From Lachnospiraceae bacterium (GTDB lineage Bacteria; Bacillota; Clostridia; Lachnospirales; Lachnospiraceae), in contig JAFRWN010000121.1 in assembly GCA_017437965.1 (NCBI GenBank), positions 10,836-74,835 of the forward strand: 64,000 nt of DNA, written 5' to 3'. The position numbers and the translations under genes are program-made. Shown in pieces: positions 20,624 to 28,660 of the stretch (position 1 is the stretch's first letter; every line of letters begins with the position of its first letter). Below the pieces are notes generated by a model, which was given only the letters and a program-made list of their open reading frames with translations, made no database searches and was not told the DNA's origin.

Positions 20624-21480
20624 AGATATGATTCCTTTTCTTCAAAGCCAGTTCTGTTTATCATTATCCCGCTTATCAGCAGGGCTACGGCCATTATCGT
20701 TCCAAAGTATGCATATGATTTCCAGATAGCATATACCGGTTTTCTGACTATTTCCTCAAAATGTACCCATATGACAAAGTGTGCAACCGGGAAACTCCAG
20801 CGAATACCGGACCCAACCGAGCAGGTGATGACACCCATGAGGAAAAACAGTACCGTAAAAAGCAGTCCGGCCTTCCTTTTTCCAAGCACGGTGAAGGCCA
20901 TCAAAAGCACCGAAACCATCATGAAGAACATCAGCAGGAGCGTGAACGAGAATAGCAGTGCGCCGGAAATGCTCAGCTGGTTATAAAGGTTTGAGGGCAG
21001 AAGCTGCAAAGCATAGGAACTCACTGCTTCGGGATGCCTTGAAAGGTAAGTCCTTGTGACAAAGCTCCACTCGTTGCCGAAATAGCAGTTCTTTACCGAC
21101 ATAATAAGCACTCCGCCGTATATCACCGCAATGAAGGTCAGCGACGCCATCAGTGAAAACAATACCTGTCCCCACATCCATGCAAACCTTCCGCTTCTTG
21201 ACACATAGAGCATCGAATTCGGTTCGACCGAAGGAAAATCACTCATCATCACCAGAAAGAAGCTGGGGATGATCAAGACAAGCAGCCTTGAATTGCACAG
21301 ATCTATCAGCGGCTCAAACACGTTCATCTTCATCCCCTCCGAAACCGAGCGACTGACCAGCGGATCGACCGCCAGCATTTTTACCACAGGAAAGATGAGA
21401 ACGAAAAGTAACATCCTCGCATTCAGCACCCACTTGGAATATTCGATTCCTGCAATTTTAAATATCTTTCTAAGATTCAC
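20620..21480 (-). CDS. ABC-2-type membrane protein (LanE/G-like permease)
   Basis: 286 aa and polytopic. 4-nt overlap with the ATPase gene and 11-nt overlap with the upstream permease. Confidence 0.65.
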   Translation of the reverse strand: MNLRKIFKIAGIEYSKWVLNARMLLFVLIFPVVKMLAVDPLVSRSVSEGMKMNVFEPLIDLCNSRLLVLIIPSFFLVMMSDFPSVEPNSMLYVSRSGRFAWMWGQVLFSLMASLTFIAVIYGGVLIMSVKNCYFGNEWSFVTRTYLSRHPEAVSSYALQLLPSNLYNQLSISGALLFSFTLLLMFFMMVSVLLMAFTVLGKRKAGLLFTVLFFLMGVITCSVGSGIRWSFPVAHFVIWVHFEEIVRKPVYAIWKSYAYFGTIMAVALLISGIMINRTGFEEKESYL

Positions 21481-22345
21481 AGGTATCCGCCTTTCCGAGA
21501 TTTATCAGCATATACACCAGATAGCTGAAAAGAAAAACGCCGACATTGCACCGGATAAGGCCCTTAATGTCAAGGTCTTGGTAAATAGTGCTCCCGAGCC
21601 TGTAATAACCGATGTTGACAAGCGTAATGTATGCCTTACTGCCGTTCATAGCCAGGTATACGATGAACCTCTCCCAAAGATGGCACAGCAGGAAAGGCAG
21701 GGATATCACGAAATATATGTTGATGGACAATGACGAGATCAGCAGAGCCGGAATGACTGCAAGAGCCCCGTAGGCAAAGTATCTGACAGCATTTACAAGC
21801 AGCACCGCAGCAATGCTGCCAGTCTTTACCGCCTTACAGTACCATGCAGGGGCAGTATACTCCAGCATCTCATAATAGCCTGCCTGATCCTGAACGCTGA
21901 AGCTTTGTATTCCTGGAAAAGAAAGGCAGATGACAAGTTCCGCAAGCAGGCTTCCGATAATAAGCATTATCCCCCCACAGATGACTGCCGAAAGATACGA
22001 AGCGGAAAAATAATTCTTTTTGCTGACGTGGGGCATGACATATCTCGTAAAGCGGTGCTTTAAATCTTCATTGAGCACCGGTACGAAAGCAAAGGCTGTC
22101 AGTACAGGGACAAACATCATAAGCCAAAGGCTGTCCTTTCCGGCAAGCATCTCCAAGGAATTATAGTTTATGTCATCATCCATTTTGCTCTTATCGATGA
22201 TCATGTCGATCATCGTGATGCTGTCACCGTTAATATCTAACTTGACCACTGCGGCAAGGAGCATCACGCAGACCGCCGCCGAACCCATCCAGAATTTCCA
22301 GTCGGTCAGTGTCCTTACAATATTTGTACGAAGAAGCTTAAACAT
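21470..22345 (-). CDS. ABC-2-type membrane protein (LanE/G-like permease)
   Basis: 291 aa and polytopic. AGGGGA RBS. Confidence 0.65.
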   Translation of the reverse strand: MFKLLRTNIVRTLTDWKFWMGSAAVCVMLLAAVVKLDINGDSITMIDMIIDKSKMDDDINYNSLEMLAGKDSLWLMMFVPVLTAFAFVPVLNEDLKHRFTRYVMPHVSKKNYFSASYLSAVICGGIMLIIGSLLAELVICLSFPGIQSFSVQDQAGYYEMLEYTAPAWYCKAVKTGSIAAVLLVNAVRYFAYGALAVIPALLISSLSINIYFVISLPFLLCHLWERFIVYLAMNGSKAYITLVNIGYYRLGSTIYQDLDIKGLIRCNVGVFLFSYLVYMLINLGKADTCES

Positions 22346-22555
22346 TTATATCCCCTGAAGCCCTCTTATATCTGAAATTTGCACCATCTTTTCCCGACAA
22401 AATGTACCGCATTGTCGTCAAACTTATCAAGCTGTTCCTTGCTGTTTTTTCTTGGATAGCAGCTGCTGTAAAAACCATCTCTCTATCCGGTTCTCTTCAA
22501 CAGTCTCCGAAACCAAAACAGCAATATCAGAAAAACTTACACTTTATTTCAAATT

Positions 22556-22586
22556 TTTTGTGACATTGGGACGTATCCAGTGTCAC
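22556..22586. repeat. 31-nt repeat, copy R2
   Basis: TTTTGTGACATTGGGACGTATCCAGTGTCAC lies about 25 nt 3' of the lipoprotein stop and about 210 nt 5' of the ABC operon start. Confidence 0.7.
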
Positions 22587-22611
22587 AATATCTCCTTTTG
22601 ATTCCACCTCA

Positions 22612-24012
22612 TCACTCCGGAATTTCCTTATAATAGTGAAAGTTTCCTCCGTCCTCCGCATTTACATAGCAGACATAGGTTATTCTGTCATTTTTATTAT
22701 ACAGCGACAGCTTCCATGAAGCCTTTGTTTCAAGACTTAAATCTTCTGGCATGGTTGATTTACCGTTTATGCTTTCAACAAAATACACCAGTTCAACTTT
22801 CCTGAGTTCGAATTCAACCGTCTGTGACATTTCCTTGCTAACAAGCTTTACCGCTTCTGCAGCGCTGATCATGTCGTAGCTTTCCTTTTCGTCAATATAT
22901 CTGAAGCTCACCGGAATATTATAAATGGAGTCCACCTCGAAGCTGTTTATCATGGAACCATAGCAAAAAATCTGATAACCAGAATCACCTTCAGTATAAC
23001 TGCTCGTACCGTTTATCCCGTCAAAGTCTATCCCCTTATATGTTGACGTACATATCATCTGAAGACCTTCCACGCCGTGAAGTTCATAAATGTTCACATA
23101 TTTTACCTTTAGGTCTGCACTTTTATTTTCAATGCATTCCAGAGAATTGATATAGCTTTCAAAAACGGCAACCGCATCCTTGACCTTTACGGTCTTGTCA
23201 AGCATATTTACTTCTTCTTCACTGTCAGCAGGCACCTCTTTCTTAAAGCCCCCAAAGTAACTCAACTGGTCATACGCTTCAAGCATATCCGGAAAATCAT
23301 CATTTTTGAAATGTCTTTTTGCAATAACGCCACGGTTAAAGCGGAACAGCCCGTTGCCCACAGGGCTCTGTGCCTCCATAAATACCTTATCATCACCCTT
23401 ATCCTGATAGATATACATAAAAACCTGTGTCTTATCATCAAAAACCTCATCTTTATAATCTTCAACCAGCGGAATTACAGGTTTTACCAGATTTTTTTCT
23501 TTTATTAGTTCTTCTATCCGCTTTGTAGCTTCTTCTCCTCTGAGTCCTTCTTCATTCCATACATACATTCTTACTTTCTCAGTTTCCTCGCTATACGCAA
23601 GAGAGATTGCATCATATTTTTCCCCCGAAAACATCGTGTACTCAGGCTTGAACTCAACATCCGGGAAGATTTCCGAAAAGCATTTAACGAAATTGTCATA
23701 AGCGTCTTTATTATTCAAAAATGAATGGTATCCGAGATCAAAGGACGGAAGCCCATCAAGTTCTTCCGGCACAGAGACCGTAAATTCCTCCCCGGGTATG
23801 ATATTGGCTACGGTATTTACAGCTTCCATTATGCTTTCTGCGTCCGAAGCAACAATGGATTTTGTAATTTTTTCGTTATTCTTTATTTCTTTTTCTGAGC
23901 TGCTTAGCATATTTTCACTTTCAAAACCGCTGTCGTTTTTTGAACATGATACAATAAAAACACTGGTAACCAAAACAAAGAAAACTGCAATTTTCTTAAA
24001 TATTCTCATCAT
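22612..24012 (-). CDS. hypothetical lipoprotein
   Basis: Start moved to MMRIFKKIAVFFVLVTSVFIVSC (lipobox), with GGAGA 6 nt upstream. I recognise no domain. Confidence 0.6.
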   Translation of the reverse strand: MMRIFKKIAVFFVLVTSVFIVSCSKNDSGFESENMLSSSEKEIKNNEKITKSIVASDAESIMEAVNTVANIIPGEEFTVSVPEELDGLPSFDLGYHSFLNNKDAYDNFVKCFSEIFPDVEFKPEYTMFSGEKYDAISLAYSEETEKVRMYVWNEEGLRGEEATKRIEELIKEKNLVKPVIPLVEDYKDEVFDDKTQVFMYIYQDKGDDKVFMEAQSPVGNGLFRFNRGVIAKRHFKNDDFPDMLEAYDQLSYFGGFKKEVPADSEEEVNMLDKTVKVKDAVAVFESYINSLECIENKSADLKVKYVNIYELHGVEGLQMICTSTYKGIDFDGINGTSSYTEGDSGYQIFCYGSMINSFEVDSIYNIPVSFRYIDEKESYDMISAAEAVKLVSKEMSQTVEFELRKVELVYFVESINGKSTMPEDLSLETKASWKLSLYNKNDRITYVCYVNAEDGGNFHYYKEIPE

Positions 24013-24041
24013 TATGTTTCTCCGTTTTATTCTTAAATATT

Positions 24042-24068
24042 GGGCAGAGATAAAAAATATCTCCGCCC
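24042..24068 (-). other. intercistronic stem-loop
   Basis: Minus strand reads GGGCGGAGATA-TTTTT-TATCTCTGCCC, between the small secreted gene and the lipoprotein gene. There is no clear U-tract. Confidence 0.4.
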
Positions 24069-24102
24069 ACATAAAAAATGTCGAGTAACAATCGCAACAT
24101 GA

Positions 24103-24552
24103 TCAAGGTGTCGATACTATTGTTCCGCTAACAATAGCAGTATTACCGGTCGTACTGGTATATCCTGAAAAATGAAAATCCTGATACTGTGTAATACCGC
24201 TGTAAACAGGTTTGCATTCTACCGAATCGGTATAAACATAGTTATAGTATCCAAGATATTTAACAGACATAGTACCATTATTACTCGTAATAAGAGCCCT
24301 GTAATTTCCGCCCGATACCGTAATCGAGTGACTTGTCATGTATCCCATCGCACCATTTGTAGAATATGCAATTTTTTTATTGGTACTTACATTGGAGCCT
24401 TAAGGTGCACCAGGAACATTTACATATGTCACAGACCATGTTGCACTTGTTGGATAATCCATCATTGCTGCATTTGCAGTTTGAATTCCTACATCTGCAA
24501 GAGCTATAATAGCTGCAAGCAGAATTGCCGTAATCTTTTTTATCGTATTCAT
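24103..24552 (-). pseudogene. small secreted S/T/Y/G-rich protein interrupted by an in-frame TAA
   Basis: ATG at 24552 (GGAG RBS) encodes MNTIKKITAILLAAIIALADVGIQTANA|AMMDYPTSATWSVTYVNVPGAP. A TAA at 24400-24402 follows, and the same frame continues into the 81-aa track ORF (24103-24348). Confidence 0.55.
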
Positions 24553-24626
24553 AGATACTCCATTTCTATAAGCCTTTTGCTTATTTGTAACTTCTATTTT
24601 CAGAACACTACTATAACCGTCAGTAA

Positions 24627-25481
24627 TTAACTCGACTTTATTACTGGCAATTTTTCAACCTGTACCTTTTCACTGGAATATATTTCTTCGAGTTTATATC
24701 TCCAGTGATAAACAACTGGCTCTTCGTTGACTTCCTCAAAGTATTTATAGATGCGCGAAACCAGTTCTTCTTTGGTTTTAACTCGTATGCCTTTTAAAGA
24801 TTGACGAGTCAGCTTGCTGAAGAAACCTTCAACAAGATTCAGCCATGAACCATGCTTGGGTGTGAACACAAATTCAAACCTATCCGGTACTGTAGCAAGA
24901 TATTTTCTTGTTTCATCGGATGTATGAACCTTTAAATTATCAAGTACCAAGCGGATTTTATCACCTTTGGGATATTTTGAGTCAAGCAGCTTAAGGAAAT
25001 CTATGTAATCCTTACTGGTATGAGAATCTCTAACCAATGGTATTGCTTCTCCCGTTTGCAAATCAATTCCGGCAAGGAGAGATATTGTACCAAGTCGTTT
25101 GTACTCATAATCACGACTGATAGTCTTGTGCCTTTCATCAGGAAGAAGATCATCAGATGTTGTTGCAACTGCCTGTATTCCGGGTTTTTCATCATACGAG
25201 ATTGCATGTATGTTCTCACTGTCAGCACAGATGCCGATGTAGTTACCTTTCTCATCGAATTGTAACGAAAGCTGCTTATAAACCAAAAGAACATTATGCA
25301 TCTTCTGATCGAAATCAGGGTCGCGGTTTTCGCAGTAGTATGTTATCTTGTTGGGCTTGATATCTGCCTCTTCAAGAATAGTGTGTACCTTTGACTGACT
25401 TATAGTGGAAAGTCTTATATGACCGGCTTCTTCTGCAAGTATGATAGTGCCGGATTTTTTACCCATGATATGTACCTCCAT
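24627..25481 (-). mobile_element. IS630-family DDE transposase gene, apparently 5'-truncated
   Basis: DDE_3-like core (ISYDEKPGIQA..., VLDNLKVHTS, TPKHGSWLNLVEGFFSKL). It lacks the usual ~80-100 aa N-terminal HTH region. I found no terminal inverted repeats. Confidence 0.7.
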
Positions 25482-25672
25482 ATCCTTATATGTAGGTTAT
25501 ATCATAGATTTGACAAATAGTCTAGTCATTTAAAAACATTTATACTACGAGAACTCATTATCTTATCATTGGATCGTACCTCGCTTTCTATATATTTGCC
25601 CAGGAAATCTTTTTTCATTTCTGAATTTTAAGCATTTCCTTCAGCTTCTCAGGTTTTTCAGGCTGATTCGTT

Positions 25673-25828
25673 TCAGAACCTTTTCTGCTGTTGTTTCAGC
25701 AGCTTTTCCAGCTCCTTGGGTTCAGCAGGCTGATAATAGCCATTTTTCGACGGACTCTTTGCTGTAGTCAATGCAGATTTTTTTGCAGCATTAACTCCCA
25801 AATTTGCTAAAATCTTCTTTAACCTCAT
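25673..25828 (-). CDS. agrD: AgrD-like autoinducing-peptide precursor (51 aa, no cysteine)
   Basis: Not in the ORF track (<60 aa). ATG at 25828 has AAAGGAGG 9 nt upstream. Sequence: MRLKKILANLGVNAAKKSALTTAKSPSKNGYYQPAEPKELEKLLKQQQKRF. It overlaps the agrB 3' end out of frame. The QPxEPKEL tail resembles the conserved AgrD C-terminal region. Confidence 0.6.
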   Translation of the reverse strand: MRLKKILANLGVNAAKKSALTTAKSPSKNGYYQPAEPKELEKLLKQQQKRF

Positions 25829-26513
25829 AACCTAATTCCTCCTTTATTTTTTCTTGTAACGTACCACCATAATCTTCTTTTGTCAACAGGTTTGGCACAA
25901 ACGGTCGTTTTTCCGTCACAAACGGCAAAAAAATATTTTTAATAAGACCTGCAACGAATGCTACATCATTTGATAACAAACTAAAAAGCATTATTATTGA
26001 AGCTTTGTTGGCTCCGTTTAGATACAGCATTTTAGCTATGGCTTCAATAGCAATCAATATAATAAAGCATTGCAGTTTTACTTTTTTTCTCGAAAAAACT
26101 TTTATCAACTTGTTCGGATTAATGATTGGTGCCGCCAACACAATCTCAACAGTCGTTATTATAAAGACAGCTATCTCTGCCGGTTTAATTATATTTCTAA
26201 CCGGCAGAGAAGCAAGCTTCAATACTGCAAATACATTTAGAAATATTAAGACATTACAACGTAAATATGTATTTGCATGATATCCTCCCATCCGACTTCT
26301 TATAATAGTGAAAGTAAAATAAAATACAAAGGCTCCCATTATATCTTTACACATTGTTCCTGATCCCAGAACAACCAAATAATTACATACAGATGAAATA
26401 ATGTTTTCATTTCCGTATTTTATTATCTCATAGTCATTTTTTTGTTCAGGTAAAATCTTTAAATACAAAACAGTCAATTTGTCAGCTATTTGTTCCATCG
26501 TCGGCATTTTCAT
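25791..26513 (-). CDS. agrB: AgrB-family accessory gene regulator peptidase
   Basis: Polytopic, with an AgrB hallmark RSRMGGYHANTYLRC. The start could instead be the second or third Met (GAGAGG RBS). Confidence 0.8.
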   Translation of the reverse strand: MKMPTMEQIADKLTVLYLKILPEQKNDYEIIKYGNENIISSVCNYLVVLGSGTMCKDIMGAFVFYFTFTIIRSRMGGYHANTYLRCNVLIFLNVFAVLKLASLPVRNIIKPAEIAVFIITTVEIVLAAPIINPNKLIKVFSRKKVKLQCFIILIAIEAIAKMLYLNGANKASIIMLFSLLSNDVAFVAGLIKNIFLPFVTEKRPFVPNLLTKEDYGGTLQEKIKEELGYEVKEDFSKFGS

Positions 26514-26524
26514 TTTCCTCTCAC

Positions 26525-26559
26525 ATCAAAAAAACTGTGTACACTTCTGCACACAGTTT
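26525..26559 (-). terminator. rho-independent terminator between the agr kinase and agrB
   Basis: Minus strand reads AAACTGTGTGCAGAAGTGTACACAGTTT followed by TTTTT. Confidence 0.6.
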
Positions 26560-26575
26560 ACAAATAATTTGCCAT

Positions 26576-27934
26576 TCAGTCAACAGGTTTGGCACAAACG
26601 GTCGGGTTTCCGTCATAAACGGTGGAAAGCGGTATGATTATCTCACTTGTAAAGCAATCATTTTCCTCAAAATTACGATAAATACCGTTCATGTTTTTGA
26701 CGTGTTTTTTTATGGCTTTTAATCCAAAGCCGTGATTGGTCTTATCATCTTTATTGCTTTCCTCGCTTACCACATTTTTTGCAACACTTTCGCTGATTCC
26801 GTTTTTCACCCTTATATACAAAAAGGATTCTTCATTGTACAGATCCATTTCAATGTTGTTGGTTCCGTGTTTTTTCATTGCTTCTTCGGAATTCTGCAGA
26901 AGATTCACCAAAATCGATGCTATTACTCTTTCGGAAATACTTCCGAGGAATATTTTTTCAATTCTTAACGATACCACATAGTCATTTTCCTTGAAAATTG
27001 ACAGATAATGCATCAGCACGGCATTAATCAGTATATATCCACTGTCAATCAGATTCTCGTTTTTCAGGCTTTCCTCTGTTTCATTAATAACTTCATCCAG
27101 CTGTCTTTTTGCTTCATCCAGTTGTTTTTGTTTTAGCAGTTCCTGAATTGGAAGGAAAGAGTTTCTTATTTCATGCCTTAAAGACCTTAATTCTTTCTTT
27201 GACTCTTCAATTTCTGTCAAACGGGACATTTCATAATCGGTTTTGATAAGAAAAGAATTTAATTCATAATTTTCCTTTTCTTTATTGTACATATAAAGCA
27301 CAAATGATAATGAAATAAAAGAAAAGATCAAAAGAAGGATAATAAAGCAAAAAAAAAGAATTCTTCTGACAGTTTCATTTTCATTGCCGATGATGGCAAT
27401 TCCCAGATCGGAACACAAAGTAACAAAAAGCATTACCGTACCTTCAGGAACCCAGTTTTTAACGTGATATTTTTTTTCAAGTTTATGTACAGAAAGGAAA
27501 AACGCCAAAGAAAGCAGAAACTGAACAGTTTTTGCAAGAGAAAGAGAAAATACCCTTATATCAGAATCGTTCCGGATTATTGTTTCTGCTATTTCAGCCG
27601 ATGAAATCACCGGCATGAGCAGCATAGTAGCCAATGCAGACAGACTGATAGCCAGTTCAAGCAGCAGTACTTTAGACAGTTTTTCAAAATGTGGTCCTTT
27701 GAAAAAAAGCTCCGCCACAAACATATCCATCAGGATATATATTACCACATCAAAAGTTGTAAATGATTGTAAATGATCAAGAATACCAACGCAAGCAGAA
27801 TTAATACCCACACAAATTATTAACGCCATTAAGCGATATGGCAGCCCATGTTTTTTGGGTATAAGCATAATGCCAAGAAAACCATATTGTATAACTGCCT
27901 CTATGATCGTAGCAGATATTTCAAACGCACTCAT
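26576..27934 (-). CDS. AgrC-like membrane histidine kinase (GHKL)
   Basis: About 200-aa multi-TM sensor, H-box LRSLRHEIRNSF, N-box LVNLLQNSEEA, G-box NHGFGLKAI. The ATGA overlaps the regulator stop. Confidence 0.8.
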   Translation of the reverse strand: MSAFEISATIIEAVIQYGFLGIMLIPKKHGLPYRLMALIICVGINSACVGILDHLQSFTTFDVVIYILMDMFVAELFFKGPHFEKLSKVLLLELAISLSALATMLLMPVISSAEIAETIIRNDSDIRVFSLSLAKTVQFLLSLAFFLSVHKLEKKYHVKNWVPEGTVMLFVTLCSDLGIAIIGNENETVRRILFFCFIILLLIFSFISLSFVLYMYNKEKENYELNSFLIKTDYEMSRLTEIEESKKELRSLRHEIRNSFLPIQELLKQKQLDEAKRQLDEVINETEESLKNENLIDSGYILINAVLMHYLSIFKENDYVVSLRIEKIFLGSISERVIASILVNLLQNSEEAMKKHGTNNIEMDLYNEESFLYIRVKNGISESVAKNVVSEESNKDDKTNHGFGLKAIKKHVKNMNGIYRNFEENDCFTSEIIIPLSTVYDGNPTVCAKPVD

Positions 27935-28656
27935 AAACCTTTTCTCCTGATTTTTTCAATCATCTTTTTTTCTACTTCGTCGCGTCTTCGCCTGCTTATG
28001 GGAGCCTTAAGACCATATTTCATCAAAACATCTCCTCCCACAAAACCGGTAATATATCTGTAATTCACTAAAAATGCCTTATGCGTTTTTATAAAATCAT
28101 TTTTTAACATAAGCTCTTCATAGCTGGCAAGTGAATCTCTTACAGCTATTTCTCCTGCTTCATTTCCGTTATCATAGCGAAACAACAATTTATGACCAAG
28201 TACCTCAAGACATATCAGCTTATCAATGCCGATATATTTTTTTCCGTCTTTTGTCTTCACCTCTATGATTTGACTCTTTTTCCTGAAAGCCTCCAAGAGA
28301 TTATTGATCGCGCGCGGAAAATCGGTGTCCATTTTGGTTTTTCTGACAAATGCTATGGGTTTAATATCGAAAACATTATAGGCATATTCATCATAATCGG
28401 AAACAAATATTATTTCTGCCTTTTCATTGCTCTCCCTGATTTTTCTTGCAACTTCATCCCCATTGGTTCCCGGCATTTCAATATCCAAAAAATATACATC
28501 ATAGTTTTTTGCCGCATGGTTTTCAAGCAGAGAAACAGGATCACTGTACTTATCTATCGTATATGCCTCCGTTTCTCTGCCTGAAAATTCTTTTTTTATA
28601 TTTTGTTCCACTTTTTTGACGATATCTTCCATATCGTCACAGATACATATCTTCAT
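27931..28656 (-). CDS. LytTR-family response regulator (AgrA-like)
   Basis: Receiver domain (MKICICDD...FLDIEMPGTNG) plus a LytTR domain (IEVKTKDGKKYIGIDKLICLEV...IKTHKAFLVNYRYI). Confidence 0.88.
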   Translation of the reverse strand: MKICICDDMEDIVKKVEQNIKKEFSGRETEAYTIDKYSDPVSLLENHAAKNYDVYFLDIEMPGTNGDEVARKIRESNEKAEIIFVSDYDEYAYNVFDIKPIAFVRKTKMDTDFPRAINNLLEAFRKKSQIIEVKTKDGKKYIGIDKLICLEVLGHKLLFRYDNGNEAGEIAVRDSLASYEELMLKNDFIKTHKAFLVNYRYITGFVGGDVLMKYGLKAPISRRRRDEVEKKMIEKIRRKGL

Positions 28657-28660
28657 ATTT

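Noticed and set aside
19953-22590. Reading the 31-nt repeats as tiny genes (minus strand GTG-ACA-CTG-GAT-ACG-TCC… = VTLDTSQCHKK… and VTPDTSPCHKT…)
   Set aside because: All differences between the copies are non-synonymous, copy R1 has no RBS, and the conserved positions track the hairpin arms. A DNA- or RNA-level element is more likely.
25524-25616. 30-codon ORF MKKDFLGKYIESEVRSNDKIMSSRSINVFK* upstream of the transposase
   Set aside because: I considered it as the missing transposase N-terminus via a frameshift. It shows no HTH-like sequence or slippery site, so it is left unannotated.
25696-25743. 15-codon ORF MAIISLLNPRSWKSC*, considered as an alternative Cys-containing AgrD
   Set aside because: It has no Shine-Dalgarno, is far shorter than any AgrD, and lacks a leader helix and the conserved tail. 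The overlapping 51-aa frame has all three.
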